Positions 1 to 11,264 of a stretch of DNA of 64,000 nt are shown here, one piece after another. Position 1 is the stretch's first letter. Every line of letters starts with the position of its first letter. The notes beneath the pieces are model-generated. The model had not been told where the DNA came from, ran no database searches, and was given only the letters and a program-made list of their open reading frames with translations. Source of the stretch: an uncultured delta proteobacterium (lineage in GTDB: Bacteria; Desulfobacterota; Binatia; UBA9968); assembly GCA_963745835.1 (NCBI GenBank), contig CAVUZH010000013.1, forward strand, positions 832,001 to 896,000, read 5' to 3'. A program made the position numbers and the translations under genes.

Positions 1-420
1 TTGATTGATGCCGTCGTACAATGACTTTTCGGTAATCTCCATCAGGCGCTTGGCTTCGTCGCTGACCGTTCCTACACCGACCGTGATCGCAGAGTCGCCG
101 TAGAAGCCCTCATAAATGACACCGTAGTCGAGCCCAACGATGTCGCCCTCCTTAAGCGTTCGATTGGACGGGATGCCATGAACTATTTCTTCATTTATCG
201 ATGCACACAGGCAACGAGGAAAGACCCGTCCGGCGACAGAATAACCTTTAAAGGCCGGAATCGCGTTTCTTTTAAGGGTCAACTCTTCGGCCACTCGATC
301 CAGATCTAGGGTCGTCACTCCGGGAGCTATCTTTGCCTTCAGCTCCTGTAAAACCTCGGCCACGATCAGATTCGCTCTTCTCATGATCTCGATTTCTCGA
401 GGTGATTTGAGCGATATCAA
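1..420 (-). CDS. map: Type I methionine aminopeptidase, N-terminal part (runs off the window start)
   Basis: Read by hand: TTG start overlaps the adk stop; MISLKSPREIEIMRRAN...CASINEEIVHGIP...GDIVGLDYGV...GFYGDSA motifs; canonical position after adk. Confidence 0.93.
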   Translation of the reverse strand, partial: MISLKSPREIEIMRRANLIVAEVLQELKAKIAPGVTTLDLDRVAEELTLKRNAIPAFKGYSVAGRVFPRCLCASINEEIVHGIPSNRTLKEGDIVGLDYGVIYEGFYGDSAITVGVGTVSDEAKRLMEITEKSLYDGINQ

Positions 421-1079
421 CTGACCGGCCTCCCGAGTGCTTCGACGATTCGCTTCTCAATATCTTCCACTTTCCCAACGCCGTTGATTTCCCGCAACTT
501 ACCACGCTCTCGGTAGTAATTAGCTAGGGGCGCAGTCTGGGATTCATAAACCCGTAAGCGAGTGGTGATGGTCTCTTCGCGATCATCATCGCGTTGCTGC
601 AAACCACCGCCACAACGGTCGCAGGTCTCGCCGTTGCTGGGTGGATCAAAATTCACATGATAGAGGGCGCCGCAGTTTTGGCAATTTCGCCGTCCCGCCA
701 GGCGCTGAACTATAACGTCATGGGGAACTTGGATAGACAAGACGGCATTCAATGGCAATGCCATTGTCTTCAAGATCTCCTCCAGGCTTTCAGCCTGCGG
801 CAAAGTCCTGGGAAAGCCGTCCAGAACAAAGCCGTTCGCGCACTCCTTTTGCTTCAGCCGTTCACCGACTAACCTGACTATCACGTCATCGGGCACTAAC
901 TCGCCGCGGCTAAGATAGCTTTCGGCTTCCTTCCCAAGCGGCGTTTTGTCGGCCACAGCTTTTCTTAGGATGTCGCCTGTGGAAATTTGACAGGCCTCGA
1001 AGCGCTCTCGCAAGAGCTTCCCCTGCGTTCCTTTTCCTGCGCCCGGCGGGCCTAGCAGAACAACACGTACACTGGCCAA
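417..1079 (-). CDS. adk: Adenylate kinase (Zn-binding LID type)
   Basis: GPPGAGKGTQ P-loop, LDGFPRT, CxxC...CxxC LID. Confidence 0.98.
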   Translation of the reverse strand: MASVRVVLLGPPGAGKGTQGKLLRERFEACQISTGDILRKAVADKTPLGKEAESYLSRGELVPDDVIVRLVGERLKQKECANGFVLDGFPRTLPQAESLEEILKTMALPLNAVLSIQVPHDVIVQRLAGRRNCQNCGALYHVNFDPPSNGETCDRCGGGLQQRDDDREETITTRLRVYESQTAPLANYYRERGKLREINGVGKVEDIEKRIVEALGRPVS

Positions 1080-1082
1080 GCC

Positions 1083-2393
1083 TTAGCCCCTTCTTCCCCG
1101 CAGTCGGCCTCGCTTCATAAAACCCTCATAGTTGCGGGTAATCAAGTGGCTCTCCATTTGCGCCACAGTGTCAAGCGCCACGCCCACAACGATCAGTAAG
1201 GCGGTTCCACCGAAGTAGAACGGCACGTTAAACTGGCTCACCAAGATTGTCGGCAGCAAGGATACGATGCACAGGTAAATCGCTCCGCTCAGAGTGATGC
1301 GAGAAAGCACCCTCTCGATGTAGTCGGCAGTCTTCTGGCCCGGTCGAATTCCCGGAATATAGCCGCCGAATTTCTTCATGTTTTCCGCGACATCGGCCGG
1401 ATTAAAAACCACCGCAGTGTAGAAGAACGCGAAGAAAATGATCAGCAGCGCGAACACCAAATCGTGCAGCCATTGCCCCGGGCTCAAATAAGTCGCCGCG
1501 GTTTGAACCCAGGGATACTGGGCAAACTGCGCCATGGTTGCTGGAAATATAAGAATTGAAGAAGCAAAAATGACCGGGATGACATTGGCCGTGTTCACCT
1601 TTAACGGCAGATGCGAGCTCTGGCCACCATACATTTTGCGGCCGACAACCCGCTTTGCATACTGAACGGGAATACGCCGCTGTCCGCGTTCAACAAAGAT
1701 AATTGCGCCGACAACGGCGACGATCAAAATTAGCATGAAGAGCGCCACTAACACGTTCAACTCGCCCTCGCGAATAAACTGGAAGGTCGTAGTGATCGCA
1801 GATGGAAGACGCGCCACGATTCCGGCAAATATAATTAGCGATATGCCATTACCCACGCCCCGCTCGGTAATTTGTTCCCCCAACCACATAATAAAAGCTG
1901 TCCCCGACGCGAGCGTAATAACCGTCATGATGTGAAAACTCACGTCTGCATTTAACACAATCGGCTGACCACCGGGCCCTTGCGTGCCGGCCAAGCCCAG
2001 GCTGATCATAGTGCCTTGGATGACGGCAAGGACGATAGTCCCATAACGGGTGTATTGGGTGATTTTTCGCCGCCCTGCTTCACCCTCTTTTGACAATCGT
2101 TCGAGATAAGGAAAAACCACCGTCAAAAGCTGAAGGATAATCGATGCGCTGATATAGGGCATGATGCCCAAAGAAAAAACCGAAAATTGTTCAAGAGCGC
2201 CACCGGAAAAAAGGTTGAACAAGCCAAAGATCGTGCCCTTATACTGTTCAAAGAACGCCGCTAACGCTTGGCGGTCGATTCCCGGCGTCGGCACATGGAC
2301 GCCAAGCCGGTAGACGGCCAGCATCGCCAGTGTAAACAACAAACGTTTGCGCAACTCTGGGATGCGCGAGGCGTTTTGAAAACCGCTAAGCAT
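1083..2393 (-). CDS. secY: Preprotein translocase SecY
   Basis: [30 protein letters not shown] motifs; spc operon position. Confidence 0.99.
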   Translation of the reverse strand: MLSGFQNASRIPELRKRLLFTLAMLAVYRLGVHVPTPGIDRQALAAFFEQYKGTIFGLFNLFSGGALEQFSVFSLGIMPYISASIILQLLTVVFPYLERLSKEGEAGRRKITQYTRYGTIVLAVIQGTMISLGLAGTQGPGGQPIVLNADVSFHIMTVITLASGTAFIMWLGEQITERGVGNGISLIIFAGIVARLPSAITTTFQFIREGELNVLVALFMLILIVAVVGAIIFVERGQRRIPVQYAKRVVGRKMYGGQSSHLPLKVNTANVIPVIFASSILIFPATMAQFAQYPWVQTAATYLSPGQWLHDLVFALLIIFFAFFYTAVVFNPADVAENMKKFGGYIPGIRPGQKTADYIERVLSRITLSGAIYLCIVSLLPTILVSQFNVPFYFGGTALLIVVGVALDTVAQMESHLITRNYEGFMKRGRLRGRRG

Positions 2394-2838
2394 GAACCGT
2401 TATCAGTTCGGCCTTTCCGCCGGCCGCTTCGATTTTTTCCTTGGCCTTCGCCGAGAAGCTATGCGCCTTGATCGTCAAACTCTTGCTGAGCGCGCCATCG
2501 CCTAGGATCTTAATCCGGCGATTCTTCCCATGCACTAGTCCTTTTGCCGACATTATCTCCGGATTGATCTCGTTATCCGATGACAATCTTTCCAGCTGAT
2601 CCAGGTTCACGATGGCAAAATCGACTTTGAAGGGATTATTAAATCCTCGCTTCGGCAGACGTCTTTGTAATGGCATCTGGCCGCCCTCAAATCCAGGACG
2701 GGTTCCACCGCCGGCACGGGCGCGCTGTCCTTTGTGCCCCCGACAAGCGGTTTTTCCATGACCGGAACCGTCGCCACGCCCCACACGTTTTTGTTTTTTT
2801 GTCGAGCCGGGAGCCGGCCTTAAATCATCTAGCTTCAT
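2386..2838 (-). CDS. rplO: 50S ribosomal protein L15
   Basis: RVGRGx[12 protein letters not shown]. Confidence 0.99.
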   Translation of the reverse strand: MKLDDLRPAPGSTKKQKRVGRGDGSGHGKTACRGHKGQRARAGGGTRPGFEGGQMPLQRRLPKRGFNNPFKVDFAIVNLDQLERLSSDNEINPEIMSAKGLVHGKNRRIKILGDGALSKSLTIKAHSFSAKAKEKIEAAGGKAELITVHA

Positions 2839-2839
2839 T

Positions 2840-3343
2840 TTAACGGATCTCCGCCAATGTTTTTCCGCGCCTTTCCGCGATTTCTTCTGGCGCTCTCAAA
2901 TCGCGCAGAGCTTCGACGGTAGCTTTAACCATGTTGTGCGGATTGTTAGAACCGAGGCACTTGGTCAAGACGTTCTGAATTCCGGCAGCCTCAACCACGG
3001 CACGAACTCCGCCACCGGCGATGACCCCGGTACCATCGGAAGCTGGTTTCAATATAACGTATCCGGCGCCAAATCTTCCGGTCACCTCAAAGGGGATAGT
3101 TCCTGCCATCACTGGAACCCTGATCAGATTTTTTTTTGCTTGTTCCAATCCCTTCCGAATCGCTTCCGGCACCTCGTTGGCCTTACCCATTCCGCAGCCG
3201 ACCACCGAATGATTGTCGCCAACTACGATAAGGGCGCTAAAGCTGAACCGGCGGCCACCCTTAACTACTTTGGCAACCCGGCTAATGTGAACAACTTTTT
3301 CCTTGAGTTCTAATCCATGCGGATCAATGCGTTCCAAAGACAC
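2840..3343 (-). CDS. rpsE: 30S ribosomal protein S5
   Basis: [19 protein letters not shown]. Confidence 0.99.
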   Translation of the reverse strand: MSLERIDPHGLELKEKVVHISRVAKVVKGGRRFSFSALIVVGDNHSVVGCGMGKANEVPEAIRKGLEQAKKNLIRVPVMAGTIPFEVTGRFGAGYVILKPASDGTGVIAGGGVRAVVEAAGIQNVLTKCLGSNNPHNMVKATVEALRDLRAPEEIAERRGKTLAEIR

Positions 3344-3361
3344 CTCACTACGCAGGCTGCG

Positions 3362-3727
3362 CTAAAATTCTAAACCACCTTCGCGCGCACCATCAGCAAC
3401 CGCCTTTACGCGCCCGTGGAAGAGAAACCCATTACGATCGAAGACGACATGGCTAATGTTCTTTTCTTTACAAGCTTTTGCCAAATTCAAACCGACTCGC
3501 TTTGCGGCTTCCACACCCTTGATGTTCTTGATTTCATCAGCCAGGCCGGAAGAAAGCGTGGAAGCGGATGCTAAGGTCATTCCCTTGGTGTCCGATATCA
3601 CCTGAACGTAGATGTGCCTACCGCTTTTATAGACGCAGACACGAGGGCGAGCATCGGTCCCCAAAACCTTTTTCCGGACGCGTTGTTGTCGCCGTATGCG
3701 CGCAATATTTTTTTGCTTGGTTGCCAT
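3362..3727 (-). CDS. rplR: 50S ribosomal protein L18
   Basis: VVFDRNGFLFHGRVKA...GLEF. Confidence 0.99.
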   Translation of the reverse strand: MATKQKNIARIRRQQRVRKKVLGTDARPRVCVYKSGRHIYVQVISDTKGMTLASASTLSSGLADEIKNIKGVEAAKRVGLNLAKACKEKNISHVVFDRNGFLFHGRVKAVADGAREGGLEF

Positions 3728-3744
3728 CTCTCTAACCTCAGAGG

Positions 3745-4293
3745 CTATTTGCCAGCCGAACCCACGGCCTTGCCAGCCTTACGCTTGATAACCTCTTCGC
3801 GATACTTAATCCCTTTGCCCTTATAAGGCTCAGGCGCTCGCAAGCTTCTGATTTTTGCAGCAGTTTCTCCAACCAACTGTCGATCAGCACCGGTCAAGGT
3901 GATGATAACCTGCCGTTCGACCGACGCTGTGACGCCTGGCGGCAAGCGAAAAACTACAGGATGAGAGTACCCCAGTGTCATGTGAATCTCTTGGCCTTTA
4001 ACCTCCGCGCGATAACCGACGCCATTGATATCGAGTATACGGTTAAATCCTTTGCTGACACCTTCGGCCATGTTGGCGATCAATTTTCGGGTAAGACCGT
4101 GCAGAGCTCGCATTCTCCGAGCCTCTTCGCCGCGCTCAACATGAACAACAGTCCCATCAACTTTGACCGCGATTCCGGACGGAATCGCGGCGCTCAGCTT
4201 TCCCTTGGGTCCTTCCAGCCGAACTGCATCGCCATCGACTGCGATTTTAACTCCCGAAGGAACCGTGATAGGTAATTTTCCGATGCGTGACAC
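3745..4293 (-). CDS. rplF: 50S ribosomal protein L6 (start moved to GTG 4293)
   Basis: SRIGKLP start after a GAGG SD; PEPYKGKGI. Confidence 0.98.
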   Translation of the reverse strand: MSRIGKLPITVPSGVKIAVDGDAVRLEGPKGKLSAAIPSGIAVKVDGTVVHVERGEEARRMRALHGLTRKLIANMAEGVSKGFNRILDINGVGYRAEVKGQEIHMTLGYSHPVVFRLPPGVTASVERQVIITLTGADRQLVGETAAKIRSLRAPEPYKGKGIKYREEVIKRKAGKAVGSAGK

Positions 4294-4309
4294 GTTTACC
4301 TCGTACAAG

Positions 4310-4714
4310 CTACCAAACCGAACATAGAACCTCGCCGCCAACCTTGGCGCGTTGGGCTTCCCGGTCGACCAAAATTCCTTTGGAAGTAGAGAGTATGTTG
4401 ATACCCAGCCCCTTGCGAATCGGGGTTAACTGCTGGGCGCCGACATACACCTTCAAGCTGGGGCGACTCACTCGCTTTAATCCTAATATGATCGGCCGAT
4501 TGTCCCGATCAAACTTCAGTAGAATGATCAGCTCGTCACCCGCGCCTTCGGCAGCTTTGACTTTCTTGTATTCCTTTACGTAACCCTCTTCAACGAAAAC
4601 CTTTACGATATTTTCCTTGACCCGCGACCACGGCACGGCAACCCTTTGGTGGCGCGCCCTCGAGGCGTTGCGGATTCTCGTCAGCATGTCGGCGATTGGA
4701 TCGGTCATTCCCAT
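4310..4714 (-). CDS. rpsH: 30S ribosomal protein S8
   Basis: DPIADMLTRIRNA, STSKG, GGEVLCSVW. Confidence 0.99.
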   Translation of the reverse strand: MGMTDPIADMLTRIRNASRARHQRVAVPWSRVKENIVKVFVEEGYVKEYKKVKAAEGAGDELIILLKFDRDNRPIILGLKRVSRPSLKVYVGAQQLTPIRKGLGINILSTSKGILVDREAQRAKVGGEVLCSVW

Positions 4715-4727
4715 ATTGCTCTCCGTC

Positions 4728-4913
4728 CTACCAGCTGGCCTTGATAAGTCCCGGGATGTGGCCCTTGCGAGCGTGGTCTCTGAGACAAAGCCGGCACATG
4801 CGAAAGCGTCGGTAAAACGCCCGGGATCGTCCGCAGAGCGGGCAACGATTGTACTCCCGAACTTTGAACTTATTCGGTCTTTCGGCTTTGATTCGTAAAC
4901 ACTTCTTGGCCAA
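4728..4913 (-). CDS. rpsZ: 30S ribosomal protein S14, short Zn-binding type Z
   Basis: 61 aa, CPLCGR...CRLC, ends KASW. Confidence 0.98.
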   Translation of the reverse strand: MAKKCLRIKAERPNKFKVREYNRCPLCGRSRAFYRRFRMCRLCLRDHARKGHIPGLIKASW

Positions 4914-4935
4914 TGGAAATCTCCCTAGTTATAGA

Positions 4936-5487
4936 TCAAGTGCCAAACGGCATTCCTAAGTGCTTCAGCAACGCCCGTCCCTCAGGATCGGTCTTTGCTG
5001 TGGTGGTTATGGTCACGGTCATTCCCCGGGCCTTTTCAACTTTGTCAGGATTGATTTCGGGAAAAATGATCTGTTCTCTAAGCCCCAAGGAATAGTTTCC
5101 CCTTCCGTCAAAAGAGCGATCAGAAACGCCTTTGAAGTCTCGTACTCTGGGCAGAGCTACGTGAATTAACCGGTCCAGGAATTCATACATCCGATCGCGT
5201 CGCAATGTCACCATGCAACCGATCGGCACTCCTTCGCGCAGTTTAAAATTAGCTATCGCCTTCTTGGCCCGTGTAATCACCGGCTTCTGGCCTGCGATAG
5301 CGGTAATCTCCGCGACCGTTGAGTCCAATGCTTTGATATTTTGCGTCGCCTCACCAAGACCGACGTTGATTGTGATCTTTTCTAACTTCGGCACCTGCAT
5401 GGAATTCTTGTAGCCGAATTCCGACTTCATCGCCGGCACCACCTGATCGTCGTATTTCTGTTTTAGACGAACCATCCTTGTCACCAT
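4936..5487 (-). CDS. rplE: 50S ribosomal protein L5 (start 5487 or 5475)
   Basis: GQKPVIT, FKLREG, FDGRGNY. Confidence 0.98.
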   Translation of the reverse strand: MVTRMVRLKQKYDDQVVPAMKSEFGYKNSMQVPKLEKITINVGLGEATQNIKALDSTVAEITAIAGQKPVITRAKKAIANFKLREGVPIGCMVTLRRDRMYEFLDRLIHVALPRVRDFKGVSDRSFDGRGNYSLGLREQIIFPEINPDKVEKARGMTVTITTTAKTDPEGRALLKHLGMPFGT

Positions 5488-5804
5488 CAATCCAACGCCT
5501 CGCCGCAGCGTCGGCACACACGAACCTTATTGCCGTCGGTAAGAATCTTTTTTCCGATGCGCACCGGCGCGTTGCATTTATCGCACATGATCATGATGTT
5601 GGATGCGGGGATAGAGGCTTCCTTTTCGACGATTCCGCCGGCTTGCTGCGGCCCTCGCGGTTTTGTGTGCCGCTTCACCACATTGATTCTTTCAATGATC
5701 ACGGCATCCTCTTTCGGATTTACGCGGAGAACTTTGCCAGTCTTGCCCCGCTCCTTGCCGGAAATCACCATGACACTGTCGTTTTTGCGAATCTGCACGA
5801 ACAC
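5487..5804 (-). CDS. rplX: 50S ribosomal protein L24
   Basis: KOW motif, GGIVEKEA. Confidence 0.98.
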   Translation of the reverse strand: MFVQIRKNDSVMVISGKERGKTGKVLRVNPKEDAVIIERINVVKRHTKPRGPQQAGGIVEKEASIPASNIMIMCDKCNAPVRIGKKILTDGNKVRVCRRCGEALD

Positions 5805-5819
5805 GTTCTCCCAAACCGT

Positions 5820-6188
5820 TTAGAGCACCTCAGGCGCGAGTGAAATAATTTTCATAAACTTCTTGGCTCGCAGCTCACGCGCCACAGGACCAAAAATTCG
5901 GGTTCCAATCGGCTCCTTCTGATTATCGATGAGCACCGCCGAATTGTTATCGAAGCGGATATAGGTTCCGTCGGAGCGTCCAATCTCTTTTGCGGTCCTT
6001 ACCACGACGGCTTTCATCACTTCGCCCTTTTTCACTTTGGCGTTAGGAATTGCTTCTTTGACTGACACAACAATGATGTCTCCGATCGACGCGTACTTCC
6101 GCTTGCTGCCACCCAAAACCTTGATACATTGGACTTTCCGTGCGCCCGAATTATCCGCAACATCCAACACCGTTCTCGTCTGAATCAT
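5820..6188 (-). CDS. rplN: 50S ribosomal protein L14
   Basis: [26 protein letters not shown]. Confidence 0.99.
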   Translation of the reverse strand: MIQTRTVLDVADNSGARKVQCIKVLGGSKRKYASIGDIIVVSVKEAIPNAKVKKGEVMKAVVVRTAKEIGRSDGTYIRFDNNSAVLIDNQKEPIGTRIFGPVARELRAKKFMKIISLAPEVL

Positions 6189-6223
6189 GAATCGACCTCA
6201 ACCTACTTGACCTGAACGGACGC

Positions 6224-6517
6224 CTAGACATCGGCTCCGGTGGACTGCTCACCCGCTGTCGTTTGAGTTCGCTGCAATATCTCACTAACGCGCCAACGTT
6301 TGTCACGGCTGAGGGGGCGGCATTCGACGATACGTACCCGATCGCCTACCTGACATTGATTGGTTTCATCGTGCGCTTTTACTCTGCTTCTACGTTTTAG
6401 ATACTTTCTGTACTTCGGATGCATGACGGTTCGTTCAAGCGATACCACGATGGTCTTTTCCATCCGATCGCTGACGACGGTGCCGGTGCGCTCTTTTCTA
6501 AGGCTTCGATTATCCAT
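6224..6517 (-). CDS. rpsQ: 30S ribosomal protein S17 (start moved to ATG 6517)
   Basis: [24 protein letters not shown]. Confidence 0.97.
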   Translation of the reverse strand: MDNRSLRKERTGTVVSDRMEKTIVVSLERTVMHPKYRKYLKRRSRVKAHDETNQCQVGDRVRIVECRPLSRDKRWRVSEILQRTQTTAGEQSTGADV

Positions 6518-6518
6518 A

Positions 6519-6722
6519 CTATACCTTCCCGCCTTGGACCGCCTTTTCATTCAAGATCGTCTCGACCCGAGCCAAGTCACGCTTGGTCTGCCGCAACTTC
6601 ATCGGGTTCTCCAACCTGCTGGTTGCCCGTTTTAGCTTCAAATAACCGATCTCTTCACGAAGCTCACTTAACTTACGGGCGAGGTCGGCGGAGCTCATGT
6701 CGCGTAATTCCTTAGCTTCCAT
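6519..6722 (-). CDS. rpmC: 50S ribosomal protein L29
   Basis: ELR...LENP...KRDLARVET; position in S10 operon. Confidence 0.97.
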   Translation of the reverse strand: MEAKELRDMSSADLARKLSELREEIGYLKLKRATSRLENPMKLRQTKRDLARVETILNEKAVQGGKV

Positions 6723-7137
6723 GAACCGCGCCTCTTCTTTCTACGACAATAGTTGGAATGGACAACTTGTGCGCCGCCAGCCGAAACGCCTCGCGCGCGA
6801 GGCTAGCCTCTACGCCTTCCATTTCAAACAGAATTCTTCCGGGTTGAACCACCGCCACCCACATTTCCGGGGATCCCTTGCCTTTTCCCATTCGGGTTTC
6901 GGCTGGCTTTTTGGTCAAGGGTTTGTCCGGGAAGATCCTGATCCAAACTTTTCCGCCTCTCTTGAGATACCGCGTTAGAGCGACTCGAGCTGCTTCGATT
7001 TCTCGCGCGCTCATCCAACCGCGGTCTATCGCCTTCAGTCCGAAATCTCCAAACGCCAGAGTGGAACCTCGGTATGCGGTTCCGCGCCGGCGACCTTTTT
7101 GTAATTTTCGGTATTTTACCTTTTTCGGTTCGAGCAT
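6712..7137 (-). CDS. rplP: 50S ribosomal protein L16
   Basis: ETRMGKGKG. Confidence 0.99.
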   Translation of the reverse strand: MLEPKKVKYRKLQKGRRRGTAYRGSTLAFGDFGLKAIDRGWMSAREIEAARVALTRYLKRGGKVWIRIFPDKPLTKKPAETRMGKGKGSPEMWVAVVQPGRILFEMEGVEASLAREAFRLAAHKLSIPTIVVERRGAVHGS

Positions 7138-7162
7138 CTTACCTGTCTCAGATCATTTTGCA

Positions 7163-7825
7163 TCAGCCGCCCAACATGGCTTTCTGCTGTTCTTCTTCTT
7201 CGGTGAGCACCTCACCTCGGAATATCCAAGCCTTCACGCCGATGATGCCGTAGGTCGTGCGCGCCTCGGCAAAACCATAATTGACGTCCGCCCGCAAAGT
7301 GTGGAGCGGAACCCGCCCCTCACGGTACCATTCGGTTCGTGCGATTTCCGAACCGCCCAATCGACCGGCGCATTGAATCTTTACGCCTTGAGCTCCCATA
7401 CGCATTGCCCGCGAAACACTTTCTTTCATAGCGCGCCGAAAAGCCACCCGACGCTCCAGCTGCAGGGCGACGTTTTCGGCCACGAGCTGTCCGTCGAGGT
7501 CCGGCCGCCTGACTTCATGAATGTTGATGTAGGTTTCGCGATTAGTAAGCTTGGCGATTTCTTCTTTTAGTTTTTCGATCTCAGCGCCCTTTTTACCAAT
7601 TACGATTCCCGGGCGCGCGGTATGAATATTAATCTTCGCCTTATTAGCGGCTCGTTCGATTTCAATTTTCGAAATGCCGGCATGGTACAGTCGGCTTTTT
7701 AAAAACTTCTTCACACGGAAATCTTCGTGAAGCAGCTTGGCATAATCGTGGCGTGAGTACCATTTCGAATCCCATGACTCTATGACACCTAAGCGAAACA
7801 TCTTTGGATGTGTTTTCTGACCCAT
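7163..7825 (-). CDS. rpsC: 30S ribosomal protein S3 (start MGQK, 7825)
   Basis: [26 protein letters not shown]. Confidence 0.99.
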   Translation of the reverse strand: MGQKTHPKMFRLGVIESWDSKWYSRHDYAKLLHEDFRVKKFLKSRLYHAGISKIEIERAANKAKINIHTARPGIVIGKKGAEIEKLKEEIAKLTNRETYINIHEVRRPDLDGQLVAENVALQLERRVAFRRAMKESVSRAMRMGAQGVKIQCAGRLGGSEIARTEWYREGRVPLHTLRADVNYGFAEARTTYGIIGVKAWIFRGEVLTEEEEQQKAMLGG

Positions 7826-7826
7826 G

Positions 7827-8171
7827 CTATCTCCTCTCACTCACCTCATCCAACACAATGGTGATATGACTCAAGCGCTTACGAATTCGCGTGGCTCTTC
7901 CCTGCGCTCGCGGCGTAAATCGCTTCCACATTCCGGCCTCATCGACGTTGGCCTGTTTGACATAGAGTTGATCCACGTCGACGCTCTGCGTGCTTTCAGC
8001 GTTAGCGACCGCGGTGCGCAAAGTCTTGGAGACAATTAGGGCGGAGCGCTTCGGTGTAAATTTTAAAATATTCAGCGCCTCTTCAACCCCTTTGCCGCGA
8101 ATCTGATCGACTACCAACCGAACCTTGCGCGGAGATAGCCTGATAAACTTCGTAATCGCGCGAACTTCCAT
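7827..8171 (-). CDS. rplV: 50S ribosomal protein L22
   Basis: [21 protein letters not shown]. Confidence 0.99.
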   Translation of the reverse strand: MEVRAITKFIRLSPRKVRLVVDQIRGKGVEEALNILKFTPKRSALIVSKTLRTAVANAESTQSVDVDQLYVKQANVDEAGMWKRFTPRAQGRATRIRKRLSHITIVLDEVSERR

Positions 8172-8235
8172 AACTCAGTTACTAACCTTTGGTTCCATGC
8201 GTGTTGAATTCTCGGCCACAGATCGCCAACCGGCG

Positions 8236-8547
8236 CTATCTGGCGGCGCCGCCGGGTCTCGGCCCGGCCTGACCCGATTCGGCCTTTTTGTCTCCCGAAT
8301 GAGCAAAGAAAGTTCGGGTCGGCGAGAACTCGCCAAGTTTATGTCCGACCATGTTTTCGGAAACAAACACCGGGATGAACTTTCGACCGTTATGCACGCC
8401 AATCGTATGACCAACCATTTCCGGCGTCACCGTGGATCGACGCGACCAGGTCCGAATGACTTGCTTCTGACGTGATTCGTTCATGGCCGAAATCTTCTTG
8501 GTCAGATGTTCATCGACGAAGGGTCCCTTTTTTATCGAACGCGGCAT
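8236..8547 (-). CDS. rpsS: 30S ribosomal protein S19
   Basis: [18 protein letters not shown]. Confidence 0.99.
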   Translation of the reverse strand: MPRSIKKGPFVDEHLTKKISAMNESRQKQVIRTWSRRSTVTPEMVGHTIGVHNGRKFIPVFVSENMVGHKLGEFSPTRTFFAHSGDKKAESGQAGPRPGGAAR

Positions 8548-8549
8548 GT

Positions 8550-9377
8550 TTATTTCGCCTTCCTTCCCTTGACGATGTACTTATCCGTGGACTGATTTTT
8601 CCGAGTCTTGTAGCCTTTGGTCGGCTTCCCCCACGGTGTCATTGGATGATTGCCTTTGGACCGTCCTTCGCCGCCGCCATGCGGATGATCGACGGGATTC
8701 TTGGCGATCCCGCGGGTGGTCGATCTAAAACCGAGCCAGCGCATCCGTCCGGCCTTGCCCCAGGAAACATTCTCCTGGTCGGCATTGCCGACCTGACCGA
8801 TGGTTGCGCGGCACTCAGCCAGAACATTACGGAGTTCACCTGAAGGAAGCTTCAGCAATGCATAAGAACCTTCTTTGGCCATTAACTGAATGCCTGAACC
8901 GGCGCTGCGGGCTAGCTGACCACCTTTACCTATTTTAAGTTCAACGTTGTGAACCACAGTACCAACTGGAACAAACTTTAGAGGCAGCGAATTACCCGGC
9001 TGAATGTCGACGTTATCATCCCCAGCTATCACGGAATCGCCCACTTTAAGACGTTCAGGCGCTAGGATGTAGCGCCGCTCGCCATCGGCGTAACAAAGCA
9101 GCGCGATGTTGGCTGAGCGATTTGGATCGTACTCAATCGCTTCAACCTTCGCCGGAACACCTTTCTTGTTACGCTTAAAATCGATAACGCGATAGAGCCG
9201 TTTGTGTCCTCCGCCTCGATGATCAGCGGTAATACGTCCATTGTTGTTACGACCACCGCTATGAGCCAAAGGCGTTCTCAATGCCTTCTCAGGTCGCTTC
9301 TTTGCAACTTCATCAAAGGTCAAGCCCGTTCGGAAACGCATCCCGGCCGATGTCGGTCGATAGGTTCTAATCGCCAT
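8550..9377 (-). CDS. rplB: 50S ribosomal protein L2
   Basis: [20 protein letters not shown]. Confidence 0.99.
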   Translation of the reverse strand: MAIRTYRPTSAGMRFRTGLTFDEVAKKRPEKALRTPLAHSGGRNNNGRITADHRGGGHKRLYRVIDFKRNKKGVPAKVEAIEYDPNRSANIALLCYADGERRYILAPERLKVGDSVIAGDDNVDIQPGNSLPLKFVPVGTVVHNVELKIGKGGQLARSAGSGIQLMAKEGSYALLKLPSGELRNVLAECRATIGQVGNADQENVSWGKAGRMRWLGFRSTTRGIAKNPVDHPHGGGEGRSKGNHPMTPWGKPTKGYKTRKNQSTDKYIVKGRKAK

Positions 9378-9389
9378 GATTTATTCTCT

Positions 9390-9680
9390 CTACGCCGCCC
9401 CGAAAAAGTCGATCTTGTCGCCTTCGCGTAAGGTTACGTATGCCTTCTTCCATTCCGGCCGCCGGCCCGTGCTTTTGCCTACCCGGCGCACCTTTCCCAG
9501 ATAACGGGCCATGCGCACTTTAACGACCTTAACCTTAAAAAGAGACTCAACCGCCTTTTTAACTTCAACTTTGTTGGCATCAGGGCGCACTTTGAACAAC
9601 ACCTGCTGCACCGTTTCGGCAAGCAGCGAGCCTTTCTCCGAAATGACCGGCGCCTTGATGATTTCTTGAGGTCCTCTCAT
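9390..9680 (-). CDS. rplW: 50S ribosomal protein L23
   Basis: PVISEK, WKKAYVTL. Confidence 0.98.
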   Translation of the reverse strand: MRGPQEIIKAPVISEKGSLLAETVQQVLFKVRPDANKVEVKKAVESLFKVKVVKVRMARYLGKVRRVGKSTGRRPEWKKAYVTLREGDKIDFFGAA

Positions 9681-10273
9681 GAAGCCAACCTCTCTTCCAA
9701 CAGCTTCAATGCGCCTTCCATAAGGATCAGGTGATCGTATCGAAGAAGATCGTAGACGTTCAAACCTTCGACTCGAAGCACTTTGATCTTTGGCAAGTTA
9801 CGAGCGGCCCGCTCGATTTTCGCATCGGCCTGTGAAACCACGACCAGGGCGCTTTGGACCTTCAATTCCGCAAGAGCATTGGCCATTAACTTGGTCTTAG
9901 CTTCCTCAAGCTCAAGCTTATCAAGAACGATGAGCTTTCCTTCTTGATTCTTAAGACTTAACGCCGACAGCAAAGCCTCGCGCCGGGCTTTACGCGGCAT
10001 GCGAAAAGAATAATCGCGCGGCTGAGGACCAAAGATCGTCCCGCCTCCGACCCATATCGGTGATCGAATACTGCCCGAGCGGGCACGCCCCGTTCCCTTT
10101 TGACGCCACGGCTTCTTGCCACCGCCGCGGACAAAACCTTTAGACTTGGTTGCAGCCGTACCCGCGCGCCGGCTCCTCAACTGCATGACGACAGCCTGAT
10201 GCAACAGATGCGGCCGTGCGTTGACGCCAAAAATTCGCTCATCAAGCTTGGGCTCTGCCACATGAACTTCCAT
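9677..10273 (-). CDS. rplD: 50S ribosomal protein L4
   Basis: KPWRQKGTGRAR, GGGTIFGP. Confidence 0.98.
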   Translation of the reverse strand: MEVHVAEPKLDERIFGVNARPHLLHQAVVMQLRSRRAGTAATKSKGFVRGGGKKPWRQKGTGRARSGSIRSPIWVGGGTIFGPQPRDYSFRMPRKARREALLSALSLKNQEGKLIVLDKLELEEAKTKLMANALAELKVQSALVVVSQADAKIERAARNLPKIKVLRVEGLNVYDLLRYDHLILMEGALKLLEERLAS

Positions 10274-10279
10274 CGCGAT

Positions 10280-10912
10280 CTATCCCTTTACCGCTCGTTG
10301 TAGAATTACGACGCCTTGTTTGGCCCCCGGAACAGCTCCCTTTACGAGGAGCAGATTCTCTTCGGCGCGAACGTCGATGACTTCCAGATTTTGGATCGAT
10401 ATATTCTCATTGCCCCAGTGCCCAGCCATTTTCTTCCCCTTGCGCACTCGACCTGGGTACGATCGGTTACCGATCGATCCACCGTGCCGAAAATATTCGT
10501 GAGTACCATGGGATCCTGGAAATCCGGCAAAGGACCATTTCTTGATGACCCCCGAGAAGCCATGTCCCTTTGAAACCCCTGAGACATCGATCAGGTCCCC
10601 GATCTTGAATAGATCAGCCACTTTGATCTCTTGCCCCACCTGATACCCTGTCACATCGTCAGAGCGGAATTCCCTCAAAGTCGAAAATGCACCTTTGCCT
10701 GCCTTGGCCATATGCCCTTGAAGGGCCTTGTTGACCCGCTGGCTCTTCTTGCTGCCGAAGCCTACCTGCAGGGCATTGTAACCGTCTATCGCTGTTTCCT
10801 TCTTCTGCACTACAACACAGGGCCCGGTCTCAATGACCGTAACAGGAACCACATTCCCATCCGCAGAATAAAACTGCGTCATCCCAAGTTTTTTTCCGAT
10901 AAGGCCAGTCAT
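10280..10912 (-). CDS. rplC: 50S ribosomal protein L3 (start moved to ATG 10912)
   Basis: GKKLGMTQ, SKGHGF, KGAVPG. Confidence 0.98.
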   Translation of the reverse strand: MTGLIGKKLGMTQFYSADGNVVPVTVIETGPCVVVQKKETAIDGYNALQVGFGSKKSQRVNKALQGHMAKAGKGAFSTLREFRSDDVTGYQVGQEIKVADLFKIGDLIDVSGVSKGHGFSGVIKKWSFAGFPGSHGTHEYFRHGGSIGNRSYPGRVRKGKKMAGHWGNENISIQNLEVIDVRAEENLLLVKGAVPGAKQGVVILQRAVKG

Positions 10913-10955
10913 AATGATTTTCTCAGGCGAAGCTTTTCTAGTAGAGCTGTCTCCC

Positions 10956-11264
10956 TTACTGAAGCTTGATCTCAACATCCACACCCGCAGCGATATCGAG
11001 CTTTCCCAATGCGTCAATGGTCTGCTGCGTCGGCTCCAAGATATCAAGCAGTCTCTTATGGGTTCGGATCTCGAATTGATCGCGAGACTTCTTGTCGACA
11101 TGAGGCGAGCGATTGACCGTATACCGTTCGATCCGTGTCGGCAATGGAATCGGGCCAGCCACTCTGCCACCGGTGCGTTTTACTGTCTCGACGATCTCTC
11201 CCACCGATTGATCCAACACCCGATGATCGTAGGCCTTTAGCCGAATCCTAATTTTCTCGTTCAT
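10956..11264 (-). CDS. rpsJ: 30S ribosomal protein S10
   Basis: [23 protein letters not shown]. Confidence 0.99.
   Translation of the reverse strand: MNEKIRIRLKAYDHRVLDQSVGEIVETVKRTGGRVAGPIPLPTRIERYTVNRSPHVDKKSRDQFEIRTHKRLLDILEPTQQTIDALGKLDIAAGVDVEIKLQ

Noticed and set aside
6878-7570. 230-aa plus-strand ORF, and similar long antisense ORFs (12561..13136, 21627..22322, 35170..35880, 51739..52395)
   Set aside because: Shadows of conserved genes on the opposite strand.
10280-11170. Apparent long N-terminal extensions of L3 (also L6, S7, S9, HU, RdgB, the porin and the ABC ATPase) in the ORF track
   Set aside because: Artefacts of first-start calling. Several extensions overlap upstream genes, and better starts with conserved N-termini exist.
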